DNA of 64,000 nucleotides from Nitrospirota bacterium (GTDB taxonomy: Bacteria > Nitrospirota > UBA9217): assembly GCA_963754875.1 (NCBI GenBank), contig CAVWHO010000022.1:32001-96000 (forward strand). Direction: 5' to 3'. How positions within the stretch are numbered: position 1 is the first letter of the stretch; every line of letters begins with the position of its first letter. Positions 18,197 to 26,880 of this stretch are shown piece by piece. The position numbers and the translations under genes are program-made. A model generated the notes under the pieces. It was not told the DNA's origin. It searched no databases and saw only the letters and a program-made list of their open reading frames with translations.

Positions 18197-20788
18197 CTAC
18201 TGCCCTCCAACCGCCCTCCTGGTACCCTCCAACTGGTCTTTTTTGCCCTCCAAGTTTTTGGCCTTCTCCTTGAGCTGTTCGATACTCGTCAGTCCCATGA
18301 GGAAGGGCTTACCGTCCTCGCCTCCGCCCGGATAGAGAAGCTCGTAGACGTATTCCTTGCCTTTCTTGCCGGCAACGGAGTAGATGTACTCCAGGTCTTC
18401 GAGCTGCCGTACATGGCACTTGGTCTGAAAGTCGCTCCATTTGGTCCATTCGCGTATGTTCTTCCGCGTGAAACGGTATGCCTTGGGTTCGATGTTCTGC
18501 CGTTTGCATTCGGCCTCGACCATGCCGCGGATCATCTTGAGCAGAAGGCGAGATGGTGGGGAGAGCTCGTCGAGCGTGCGACCAAGGATCTCGGCAGCCA
18601 GGTTGTTGGCCTTCTCGATGTCGTTTAATGTCACTTCGATGTATTGGATGGCTGAGCCATTCTGCTGCACGGTCTTGATCTCCCGCTGGTATTGATGCAG
18701 GAAGGCAATGGCCTTGATCAGGCCCAGATACTTCTTGTGGTCCCTTCTCGCACGTAAGGACTCCGAGGAGAAGGTTAGATGTGAAGCAAAGGGGTTGATG
18801 ATGTAAAGAGGCCGTAAGATGCGCTGCGCGTTATGATGCCGCATCGTGACATGCCCGGTCTCTGTCTTCCTGAACAGACCTTCGATCGTTTCGTTCTCAC
18901 GCTGCTTCTGGAGGATGCGCTCGGTCATCTCTTTTGACTCGTCTACCGTGAGGATTATGAAGCGGTTGGATGTTTCGTAGTCCAACTCTGCCTCGGTCGT
19001 GGTGATCATAAGGGACACGGGGCCCTTTACCTTATACTCTTCAGTCATGAGCTTGCCGGTGGCCGAGTCCTTGCCTGTGGCGGCGATGGAGAGGTATTTT
19101 GAAGACTGGATGTTTCTGATAGAATAGGATGCGTCCCGCGCACCGTGCTCTTCCTCGATGGCAAGGAGCTTATGGACCAGGCTGTATTCCCCTTTATAGA
19201 ACAAGGCCTGACCGGTTAAGCGGGTGTATTTGATGTAATCTTCCGGAGGGATGAGAGAGAGCACGGCATCCTGCAGCGTGCTCTTGCCGGCAGCGCTCCG
19301 GGACTGGACCAGGACGGACAAGGGTTCCTCGAGCTTTCTGCTTGTTGCCGAGAGATAGCCCATGAGCTTGTTTGCATCTTCTCCGGTGATCCCTACGGTC
19401 TCGAAGTCAACGAGGATGCGGGTGAAAAGTTCCGGGTCTTTGAGAAACGCCAGGGCCTCGTCTTCTTCATCCCTGGTCATCTTTGGTATGGAAGAGGCGT
19501 CTCTGTTTTCAGGAATCCAGGACTCGGCCAGGTCGATAAGCTTAGAAATGTCTTCAGTCACGATCTCTTCTTTCTCGGAGAAGAGCACGGAGCAGGCTTT
19601 GGCGAAGAAAAGTCGGCTTCGATTGGAGTAAAGGTCTACGGTATCGAGATGGAAGGGCGGTGCTTTATCGCCTGGTTTCTGCTTAGCTGCCTTGATCGTC
19701 GCTTTGAGCTTCACGCCTTCTCTCACAATCCCGCGCACGTCGTAGCGCCGATCTTCGTACTGTACGACAAGACCGGTGTCGGTCTTTTCATATGCCTTTT
19801 GTTCGCTATTCACGATCTTGTCGGACCGAATCGATACACCTGAGTTGGATTCGCGTAAGAGTTCCTCGAAGACAGCGGGAGCGTTTGCGGTTAAGAGAAA
19901 AAAGGAGTTGATATCCACGTTGCCCGCGTTTGTTGGCAGCGGGACCTCTGGGAGCTGCACGATATACGGCTCGATGCCTTTCCCCTTTAACTGCGCTGCT
20001 ACGGTCTTAGCATCAATGTTGCCGACGTCGTCTTTGTCGAAGCAGATATAGACTTCTTTAACCTGGCTATTAGTGATAATGTCTAACTGGTCCCGAGTGA
20101 AGCCCTGCGCGTCGCAGCAGGGAATCACGTCTTTAAAACCGGCATTATAGAGAGTGAGCATGTCTATTATGGATTTTGTGAGGATTATTGATTTTGATCT
20201 GTTTGCCGCCTGATAGTTGAAGATACTGCAACGAGAACCTGGGAGATACACGTGAGAGGGTTCGCCGTCCGTAATCTTGCGGCCGTAGAGACTGACGCAG
20301 TTTTTATTAGTATCTAAGATCGGAAAGACTGCACAGCCGTGAAACATCTCGTTACCGTGTTCGTTTAGGATTCCGATCTCCTTGAGGGCTTCGCGGATAT
20401 CGCCTTCTTCCGGGATGGTATTTATCAGAGTGCCGTTGCTGTAGCCGATCGTAAAGTCTGCGAAAATAGAGTTGCCCGTTATCCCGCGAGAGTGAAGATA
20501 CTCTAAGGCCCGGCGGTCTTCGCAAAAGGTTTTATGATAGAAGGAAACGACGCGGTTTAAAAGATGAGTGTGGTTGATGAATGATTCCGGGTCGGGGGGT
20601 TCCTTTGCCTTCTTCTCCGGATTCTTTCCTCTGAGCTTATTGGCTGTCTCACATGTGTATTCTGGTGAATTCAGGCAGGCATTCGGTTTCGTTTCGGGCA
20701 CGCATTCCGATTCAATTCGGGCACTCTCCAACGGGATAACCGATTGCTGGGTTAAAGCTACTATCTCATAGGGATTTTGACTTGTCAA
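18197..20788 (-). CDS. DnaG-like Toprim + P-loop primase/helicase-like protein lacking an N-terminal CHC2 finger
   Basis: ALEYL.SRG, FPI....LYGR, CFDKD, DIN, QSRSAAGKST; typical partner of tandem xer genes. Confidence 0.8.
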   Translation of the reverse strand: MTSQNPYEIVALTQQSVIPLESARIESECVPETKPNACLNSPEYTCETANKLRGKNPEKKAKEPPDPESFINHTHLLNRVVSFYHKTFCEDRRALEYLHSRGITGNSIFADFTIGYSNGTLINTIPEEGDIREALKEIGILNEHGNEMFHGCAVFPILDTNKNCVSLYGRKITDGEPSHVYLPGSRCSIFNYQAANRSKSIILTKSIIDMLTLYNAGFKDVIPCCDAQGFTRDQLDIITNSQVKEVYICFDKDDVGNIDAKTVAAQLKGKGIEPYIVQLPEVPLPTNAGNVDINSFFLLTANAPAVFEELLRESNSGVSIRSDKIVNSEQKAYEKTDTGLVVQYEDRRYDVRGIVREGVKLKATIKAAKQKPGDKAPPFHLDTVDLYSNRSRLFFAKACSVLFSEKEEIVTEDISKLIDLAESWIPENRDASSIPKMTRDEEDEALAFLKDPELFTRILVDFETVGITGEDANKLMGYLSATSRKLEEPLSVLVQSRSAAGKSTLQDAVLSLIPPEDYIKYTRLTGQALFYKGEYSLVHKLLAIEEEHGARDASYSIRNIQSSKYLSIAATGKDSATGKLMTEEYKVKGPVSLMITTTEAELDYETSNRFIILTVDESKEMTERILQKQRENETIEGLFRKTETGHVTMRHHNAQRILRPLYIINPFASHLTFSSESLRARRDHKKYLGLIKAIAFLHQYQREIKTVQQNGSAIQYIEVTLNDIEKANNLAAEILGRTLDELSPPSRLLLKMIRGMVEAECKRQNIEPKAYRFTRKNIREWTKWSDFQTKCHVRQLEDLEYIYSVAGKKGKEYVYELLYPGGGEDGKPFLMGLTSIEQLKEKAKNLEGKKDQLEGTRRAVGGQ

Positions 20789-21525
20789 CGATTGATCTTT
20801 GATTTGCTCTTTCTCATTGATTCTCCTTTCAGGTCTATTTTGTAGGCGTTATGCACCAGACGGTCCATGATAGCGTCAGCCAAGGTCGGGTCGGCCAGGA
20901 TATCATGCCAGTGCTTAACCGGCATTTGGGTAGTTATGAGGGTCGACCGGCGATCATAACGGTCCTCGATGATTTCCAGAAGATCTCTTTGCTGTTCCGT
21001 CGTGAGCGGAGCAAGTCCGAAGTCGTCGAGGACAAGCAGGTCTGCCTTGAGAAGTGACTTCATCAGTTTCCGATACCGTCCGTCGTGATGCGATAGGGCC
21101 AGATCTTCAAGAAGCCTCGGCAGCCTCTGATACACGACGGCATGACCATCACGGCAGGCTTTGTGGGACAGGGCGCAGGCAAGATAGCTCTTTCCCACGC
21201 CGGTCGGGCCGATGATAAGCAGATTGTGATGCTCGATAATCCACTGGTTCGACGCAAGCGACAGAATGAGCGATTTGTCCAGCCCTCGGGGCTGACGGAA
21301 GTCGATGTCTTCGACAGAGGCAGAGATTCGTAGTTTTGCAACCCGTAAGCGCGTAACAAGCCGTCTGTTCTCTCGTTCTGTCAGTTCTCGGTCAATAAGG
21401 AGCCCAAGCCGCTCCTCAAAGCTTAGTGAAGTCGCTTTTTGATTCTGCAGTTGTTCACGCAGGGCTTTTGCCATGCCAAAAAGACGGAGTTGTTCGATCT
21501 TGTCGAGTGTGGGATGCGCTAACAT
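20785..21525 (-). CDS. istB: IS21-family helper ATPase
   Basis: GPTGVGKS, LLVLDDFG, DAIMDRLVH, GESMRK. Confidence 0.95.
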   Translation of the reverse strand: MLAHPTLDKIEQLRLFGMAKALREQLQNQKATSLSFEERLGLLIDRELTERENRRLVTRLRVAKLRISASVEDIDFRQPRGLDKSLILSLASNQWIIEHHNLLIIGPTGVGKSYLACALSHKACRDGHAVVYQRLPRLLEDLALSHHDGRYRKLMKSLLKADLLVLDDFGLAPLTTEQQRDLLEIIEDRYDRRSTLITTQMPVKHWHDILADPTLADAIMDRLVHNAYKIDLKGESMRKSKSKINR

Positions 21526-21543
21526 AATAGTCTCCTTTTGCAG

Positions 21544-23085
21544 TTAGTTATAGTATTCGCTGCCACGGATGTTGCTGTGAGTGATCGCCTGTGATGCGGC
21601 TTTTGGCTCTGGTAACGGTTTTTTGTCTAAATTTGTTTCAAGGATGGACTTGACGCTTCCGAAACTGATGCCCCCGATGGCGAGTGCTCGCTTGCAGGCA
21701 GCCTCGACGCGTTCTTTGCCAAACTTCTTGGAAAGAGTGATGATCCCCATACAGGAACGAAAGCCTTGTTGTGGGTGAAGCTTCTTTGCGAGAATGGCCG
21801 TAACCAGCTCTGCCGTTGATTTGCCGGTTTCCGATGCCCAGCGTATCAGGCGCTCTGGGGTCCAGTCAGCATAGTCCCGATGGGACTTCGGCATGTGCTC
21901 GGCAAGTGTCGTATGTCTTCCCTTGGCATAGGACCGGATATGTGAGGCGATGCGTTTGTTGTGAAAGAAGACTTCTACAATCGATTCCGTTAGCCGTACG
22001 TCCAGGTATTCATTGCGGAGTTGGTAGGGTACGCTGTAATAGTGGTCATTGACTTCGACGTGGTAATCGATGCCGGAACGTTTTTTTATCTTCCATTCTG
22101 CGTAATCGAAGGCCACAGCAGGCAGCGGTTGTAATGCAGGCTTATCGATCTCCAGAAAACGGCTCATACGGCTGCCGGAGAGCTTCTTGAAGGGCCGGTT
22201 ATTGAGTCTATCCAGCAGTTCCCGGATAGCGGCATTGAGTTCTGCGAGGCTGAAGAAGGTACGGTTCCTGAGGGCTGCCAGGATCCAACGCTGCACCAGA
22301 AGGACTCCGGCTTCAACTTTCGCTTTGTCTTTAGGCTTCCTGACGCGGGCAGGAATGACCGCAGCACCGTAATGAACTGCAAGCTCTTGATAGGTGCGAT
22401 TGACGCCTGGCTCATAGCGACAGACCTTGGTGATGCCGGAGAGAAGATTATCAGGGATCAGGATCTCGGGCACACCGTCGATGAACTTAAGGGTCCGGAC
22501 ATGGGAACCGATCCAGTCTGGCAGACCCTGCGTAAACGTTGCTTCGGCATATGTAAAGTTGCTGGCGCCTAGGACGGCGACGAAGATCTGACAGTTGTGT
22601 ACCTCTCCGGTGGATTTGTCGATTACCGAGACTGTTTGGCCACAGTAATCAACAAACAGCTTTTCTCCTGCAAGATGAACCTGTCGCATGGAGATATCGA
22701 GCTTTTTTGCATAGGCGCGATAGAGGTCACAAAAATGTGCGTACTGATATCCTTCAGGATATTGCGCTTTGTACTCGTCCCACAGGAGCATCAGGGTAAC
22801 ACTTTTACGCGCAAGCTCGCGGTGAACATCCTCCCATACAGGGAGCGGACGTGGAGATGTGGAGACAATGACCGGCGGGTAGAGAAGATGCTCGAGGGCG
22901 GTATCGTCCAGGTCTGCCGGCAGGGGCCATGATAGCCCGGCCTGTCTGGCTCGTTTCGTATACTCGTCAACGGTGCTTCTGGCTATTCCACAGCTTTTGG
23001 ATATAGCGCGGCGGTCTAGGCCGCAGGACCATTTGAGGCGTAAAACTTCTTTAATTGTTCGCACGGGTATTCTTTCTCTCGTCAT
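21544..23085 (-). CDS. istA: IS21-family transposase
   Basis: GEKLFVDY, PDNL, PARVRKPKDKAKVE, YSVPY. Confidence 0.95.
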   Translation of the reverse strand: MTRERIPVRTIKEVLRLKWSCGLDRRAISKSCGIARSTVDEYTKRARQAGLSWPLPADLDDTALEHLLYPPVIVSTSPRPLPVWEDVHRELARKSVTLMLLWDEYKAQYPEGYQYAHFCDLYRAYAKKLDISMRQVHLAGEKLFVDYCGQTVSVIDKSTGEVHNCQIFVAVLGASNFTYAEATFTQGLPDWIGSHVRTLKFIDGVPEILIPDNLLSGITKVCRYEPGVNRTYQELAVHYGAAVIPARVRKPKDKAKVEAGVLLVQRWILAALRNRTFFSLAELNAAIRELLDRLNNRPFKKLSGSRMSRFLEIDKPALQPLPAVAFDYAEWKIKKRSGIDYHVEVNDHYYSVPYQLRNEYLDVRLTESIVEVFFHNKRIASHIRSYAKGRHTTLAEHMPKSHRDYADWTPERLIRWASETGKSTAELVTAILAKKLHPQQGFRSCMGIITLSKKFGKERVEAACKRALAIGGISFGSVKSILETNLDKKPLPEPKAASQAITHSNIRGSEYYN

Positions 23086-23166
23086 CCAGCTCTCCTTAGA
23101 AGCGAATTTTAAGGAGCAGGATATACGAATTTGTAGAATTTACCCAGCGTCGTTTAATGCGTTAGA

Positions 23167-23286
23167 GGGTGCCTGAATTGGAGCGGAACACCGGCCCGAA
23201 TTGCAGTGGAATGGGTGCCTGAATTGGAGCAGAACAGGTGCCTGAATTGCAGTGGAATGGCTGCCTGAATTGGAGCAGAATACTCA
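23167..23286 (-). repeat. IS21 left end: five 23-bp repeats starting TGAGTATTC
   Basis: Alternating GCTCCAATTCAGGCA / ACTGCAATTCAGGCA units at 23-bp period upstream of istA. Confidence 0.85.
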
Positions 23287-23582
23287 CTCACAGACACTGA
23301 GTTCCTTGCTTTTACTCATTTCGGCCTACTTTGTAAAACTCTGTCAAGAGGTTGGCGATAATCGGAACTAAGACGATTTCGATAATGGTCTTATCGTAAT
23401 AAATTGAAAATGAGCGCATCGCAGCATTGAGTACCTTTTCCTTCGTCGTAAGGCTATCTAATCCTGATGGCAGGATTGTTACCGCATCTTGCACGAAACA
23501 TCAATCCGATCTTGTATCTCACGACAAAAAGCAGCACAGTGCATTGATTTGTTATGTCTATTTTCCGCTCTCTGCTTGTATC

Positions 23583-23990
23583 TCATGTAAAGCGGCGGGG
23601 AGAGACAGCCAATCTTGTCGGAATATCAATGAGTTGAAAGGGTATTCCGGCTTGTATCTCGCGAAGCAGAAAGACGTTTTCCTGAACTGCATCAAGAGCT
23701 TTGGAGAACATCTCGGCTTTTATCTCGTCAGGCCTCAATTTCATACGCCGCTCTTTTCGCTTCCGACGCCAACTCTTCTGGTAGTCAAGGTGATCCTTTC
23801 TCCACTCCTTGACCACATCGTATCTGCCAAGCCAGTAATCGGGATTCTTTCTGCGAAAGCGCTTGTTGCTCTCACTCTTACTAACTTTTCGACACGTCGC
23901 CGAACACACCTTCTGGCGCAGCCCGACCCTTTTGTCCGGCACGAACATTTTGCCGCAGCACTGACAACGTTTCTCTCTCGCCATCATCAT
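23583..23990 (-). CDS. Small basic Cys-containing (Zn-binding) hypothetical protein
   Basis: CQCCGKMFVPDKR..QKVCSATC..NPDYW. Confidence 0.6.
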   Translation of the reverse strand: MMMAREKRCQCCGKMFVPDKRVGLRQKVCSATCRKVSKSESNKRFRRKNPDYWLGRYDVVKEWRKDHLDYQKSWRRKRKERRMKLRPDEIKAEMFSKALDAVQENVFLLREIQAGIPFQLIDIPTRLAVSPRRFT

Positions 23991-24192
23991 TCGCTCTCCC
24001 CGAGATCTGTGATGGCTTCACTGTATTGATTTTGTCGAAGAATAAAAGGCCCGAAATGAATCTTGAAAAGAAAGGATCAAAGTACAGGAATTAAATCAAG
24101 GATGTCATTGCGGCTGTGGCTCATAAGGGGGAAGCCCTTTCTCAATGTGGCCTTCAAAGGGCAACATACTCAAGGTAAAGGTCATATAAACT

Positions 24193-24858
24193 TCATTGGT
24201 TTTCAACAGAGACTTTTACTTTTCTGTACAAGAAGAACAATAGAATTACCATAAAAAGAGTAAGTAGAAGATGGACCATATTTGCTTGCCGCAACGTTGC
24301 GTCGATCATCTTTCCAATCTGAGTAGAGTTTAAGCCGCCTGCGGCATTCAGAGAACCGGTTGCAATAATCTTATCGACTTGATGTTTATAATATCTACCC
24401 AGAATCAGAGTTGGCACGTAAAACAAAATAGCTAATAGGATAAAGTATATTGGTATCTTCTTGCCGATAAGCTTGTTTTTCTCGTTGTCTAAGCCAGTAA
24501 AGTAAATAAGAATAGACCAGAGAGACGCGGCCAACGAAAATAGCACGAGTATCCTTGTAGCATACTCTGTTAAAACAGTTGGCGCGAGTTCTATTAAGAA
24601 ATAAATCTGTGCCGCTAAAGCGAGAGGCAATAAAACGCCACCAATTATTTTCATTTTAGGGTGTATGTTTCGGATCATCGCGGCCAAAAGAACTCCCATG
24701 GTGCTTAAAAGTAATTTTGATAATAGACTGATTAAGGCCCAAGCCGTGATCGAATAGGCACCTGCAATTTTCAACCATACGACTGAGACCAGACCATATG
24801 ATAGGATACAAAATAAGAAGTAATCCCTGATTTGCCGTTTGAAAGATTCAGAAGTACT
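24193..24858 (-). CDS. Multi-TM membrane protein, putative immunity for tip 4
   Basis: About six hydrophobic helices; directly downstream of tip 4. Confidence 0.65.
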   Translation of the reverse strand, partial: STSESFKRQIRDYFLFCILSYGLVSVVWLKIAGAYSITAWALISLLSKLLLSTMGVLLAAMIRNIHPKMKIIGGVLLPLALAAQIYFLIELAPTVLTEYATRILVLFSLAASLWSILIYFTGLDNEKNKLIGKKIPIYFILLAILFYVPTLILGRYYKHQVDKIIATGSLNAAGGLNSTQIGKMIDATLRQANMVHLLLTLFMVILLFFLYRKVKVSVENQ

Positions 24859-24874
24859 CATTTCATTTATCCTA

Positions 24875-25555
24875 TTATCGTGCAGCTTCACACGTCTCAT
24901 AAAATCGTTGGCGCAACATACCGCAATATGCCTCACCAGTCCGAAGACCAGGATCTTCTATGCCAGACGGGACAGTGAAGCAAACAATCGTTAACCCGGT
25001 TCCGATGATACCACCTATGATGGGATTCTGTGTCGCTACGCCAGCTCCGACACCGGCTCCAATGGCAAGTATTACACATGTAGTTGTGGCCATGCGCTGA
25101 GGTCCTTGTCGCATACGAGTCATACAATCATTATACGCCGCATCTGCCTGTGCTTGACATGTATCTGGTTGGCAAGCTCCTGTACCGCCGCTTACCTGCA
25201 ATCCTGAAGAGTCCATGAGATTCACAGGATCGTTTGCGGCATAAAGATAATCGTGAAGTTTGCTTGGAGTCTTTGTAAAATAAGGTGGGACAAAATAGCT
25301 TCGCCCTCGGTAGACAAATGGAAAAGACAATGGATCACTCTCAATGTACCTCCCGATCACCTGGTTATAGTCTCTATTAAGGTTATAGTTCAGTCCTGTC
25401 TCAGCATCATAGTACTGCCCGGGGAATTTGAGGTTGTTCGTGATCGTTGATACAGTGATCGTCGCTTCCCCGAAAGGTTTGTAGTCCGCGGACCATACTA
25501 CGGTCCCTGATGAATCCGTCATCTTTTGTGGCGTCCCTAAATGATCTGTGTGGAT
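24875..25555 (-). CDS. Orphan Rhs C-terminal cassette (tip 4, Cys plus Gly-rich hydrophobic hairpin)
   Basis: IHTDHLGTPQKMTD..FPGQYYDAETGL..MDSSGL followed by a unique tip. Confidence 0.9.
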   Translation of the reverse strand: MHTDHLGTPQKMTDSSGTVVWSADYKPFGEATITVSTITNNLKFPGQYYDAETGLNYNLNRDYNQVIGRYIESDPLSFPFVYRGRSYFVPPYFTKTPSKLHDYLYAANDPVNLMDSSGLQVSGGTGACQPDTCQAQADAAYNDCMTRMRQGPQRMATTTCVILAIGAGVGAGVATQNPIIGGIIGTGLTIVCFTVPSGIEDPGLRTGEAYCGMLRQRFYETCEAAR

Positions 25556-25679
25556 CAACCTGCCCTGCGCTTCCGGACCATAAGAGAAAAGCCCTGCATC
25601 CATGATGGGTTTCGGGTGTTACGTATACTTACGACACTCTGCGTTTTTTGACACTTTTCCAAGAAATCATAGGTGTAGA
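25541..25679. repeat. Rhs-cassette junction repeat E
   Basis: ATGATCTGTGTGGATCA at 25541; CATAAG at 25579; TTACGACAC, TGACACTTTT, ATCATAGGTGTA. Confidence 0.9.
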
Positions 25680-25685
25680 TTCTTG

Positions 25686-25783
25686 GGTTCAGCCAGATAA
25701 AAACTCTCGCGCCGAAGCGTAAGCAGATCGTGCAGATTCTCGATGCGTTCCTGGGAAGTGAGAAGGCGAAGAAGACCGGATGA
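25686..25783 (+). pseudogene. Third XRE 3' remnant
   Basis: Near-identical to 12091-12191 (PKRKQIVQILDAFLGSEKAKK). Confidence 0.6.
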
Positions 25784-25832
25784 ATAACTACAGTTCCTTC
25801 GGTCGGCCTTCTGCTTGAAACATTATAAAATA

Positions 25833-26318
25833 TCAGCGGCGGCGTTTTTTGCCGTTGGCTTGATTGATTTGTCGGGCACCACGTTCCTTAATGATAATAG
25901 ATAGTCGATAAATAAAAAACACAAAACTTAAGAATGAAAAAAGGATGCAGGTACCCCAGACGGCTCCAATGGTTTTTTGATAAGAATTTCCAGGATTCTT
26001 TGGATCGTAGAGAATGTCTATTGCTTGGCCTTCTTCGTACAAGCTGAACGGGGTTAGTTTTGAAAGTTCGTACTCATTTCCATTGGCGGTATTAAACTTA
26101 ATAATAGGAATATTAAATAAATATGTGTCTCGTCTACTTCCATATCGGCTTTCAGTATTCGATGTTACTGACTGACTTCTAAACCCTTTCACCAGAGCAA
26201 CGGTGGGCACAGCCGCTCTCAGAAATAAAACAGTAGAAATAAAGTGGTAGGCTGCTATGGTTAGAAATAGCAGCGCCAAAATGGTAGATGTTTTAACAGC
26301 AGTTCCTAAGATTCGCAT
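25833..26318 (-). CDS. DUF3592-like membrane protein
   Basis: Paralogue of 13373-14044 with a different 3' reading frame. Confidence 0.65.
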   Translation of the reverse strand: MRILGTAVKTSTILALLFLTIAAYHFISTVLFLRAAVPTVALVKGFRSQSVTSNTESRYGSRRDTYLFNIPIIKFNTANGNEYELSKLTPFSLYEEGQAIDILYDPKNPGNSYQKTIGAVWGTCILFSFLSFVFFIYRLSIIIKERGARQINQANGKKRRR

Positions 26319-26384
26319 TAATACCCAACCAACAATTGAGCAGTCCCTTCCACGGCCAAGAGATCGGTTACACCCGTTCAAATT

Positions 26385-26867
26385 CTACCGACCGACTCCA
26401 GACAAGTTATTATTATCGCCGTTCCCCATGCGCTTGATAAGATACTTTTGAAAAAGCCATACTACAGCTAAAAAAACGAAAGCTGCCAAGAACGGTCCCA
26501 TCAAAGCGCTTATTTGCATTCCAAGATCAGGAGCTTTCCAAAAATTCCATAAATGGGAATTTAGCACAAAGAAGATAGCAAGAGCAGGAAGACTATAATA
26601 AAGAGCTTTCTTTCTAAAAACATAAAAAAGAAGATAGCCAGGAATTATCGCCGATATTAACGCTGAGGTTGAATCAAATATAATATTTACAAATATAGTC
26701 AAGATAAATAGCTGTGACTTTAGCGTTGAAACGCTTCGCGAGATAAAATCAAAGCTCCAGATCCACAGAAAATGTTTTACATACCCTAAAGAAAATCGGA
26801 AAATTAGCCCCATACACAATGCATAGCACCAAGACATTAATTTATTTTTGTGGATTGAAGCAATCAT
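26385..26867 (-). CDS. Multi-TM membrane protein, putative cognate immunity of the full-length Rhs
   Basis: Starts 14 bp after the Rhs stop; paralogue of 14157-14609. Confidence 0.65.
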   Translation of the reverse strand: MIASIHKNKLMSWCYALCMGLIFRFSLGYVKHFLWIWSFDFISRSVSTLKSQLFILTIFVNIIFDSTSALISAIIPGYLLFYVFRKKALYYSLPALAIFFVLNSHLWNFWKAPDLGMQISALMGPFLAAFVFLAVVWLFQKYLIKRMGNGDNNNLSGVGR

Positions 26868-26880
26868 GTTTATCCCCGTT

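Noticed and set aside
23167..23286. Short regular repeats resembling a mini-CRISPR
   Set aside because: No unique spacers; contiguous 23-bp units ending in CA upstream of istA fit an IS21 end
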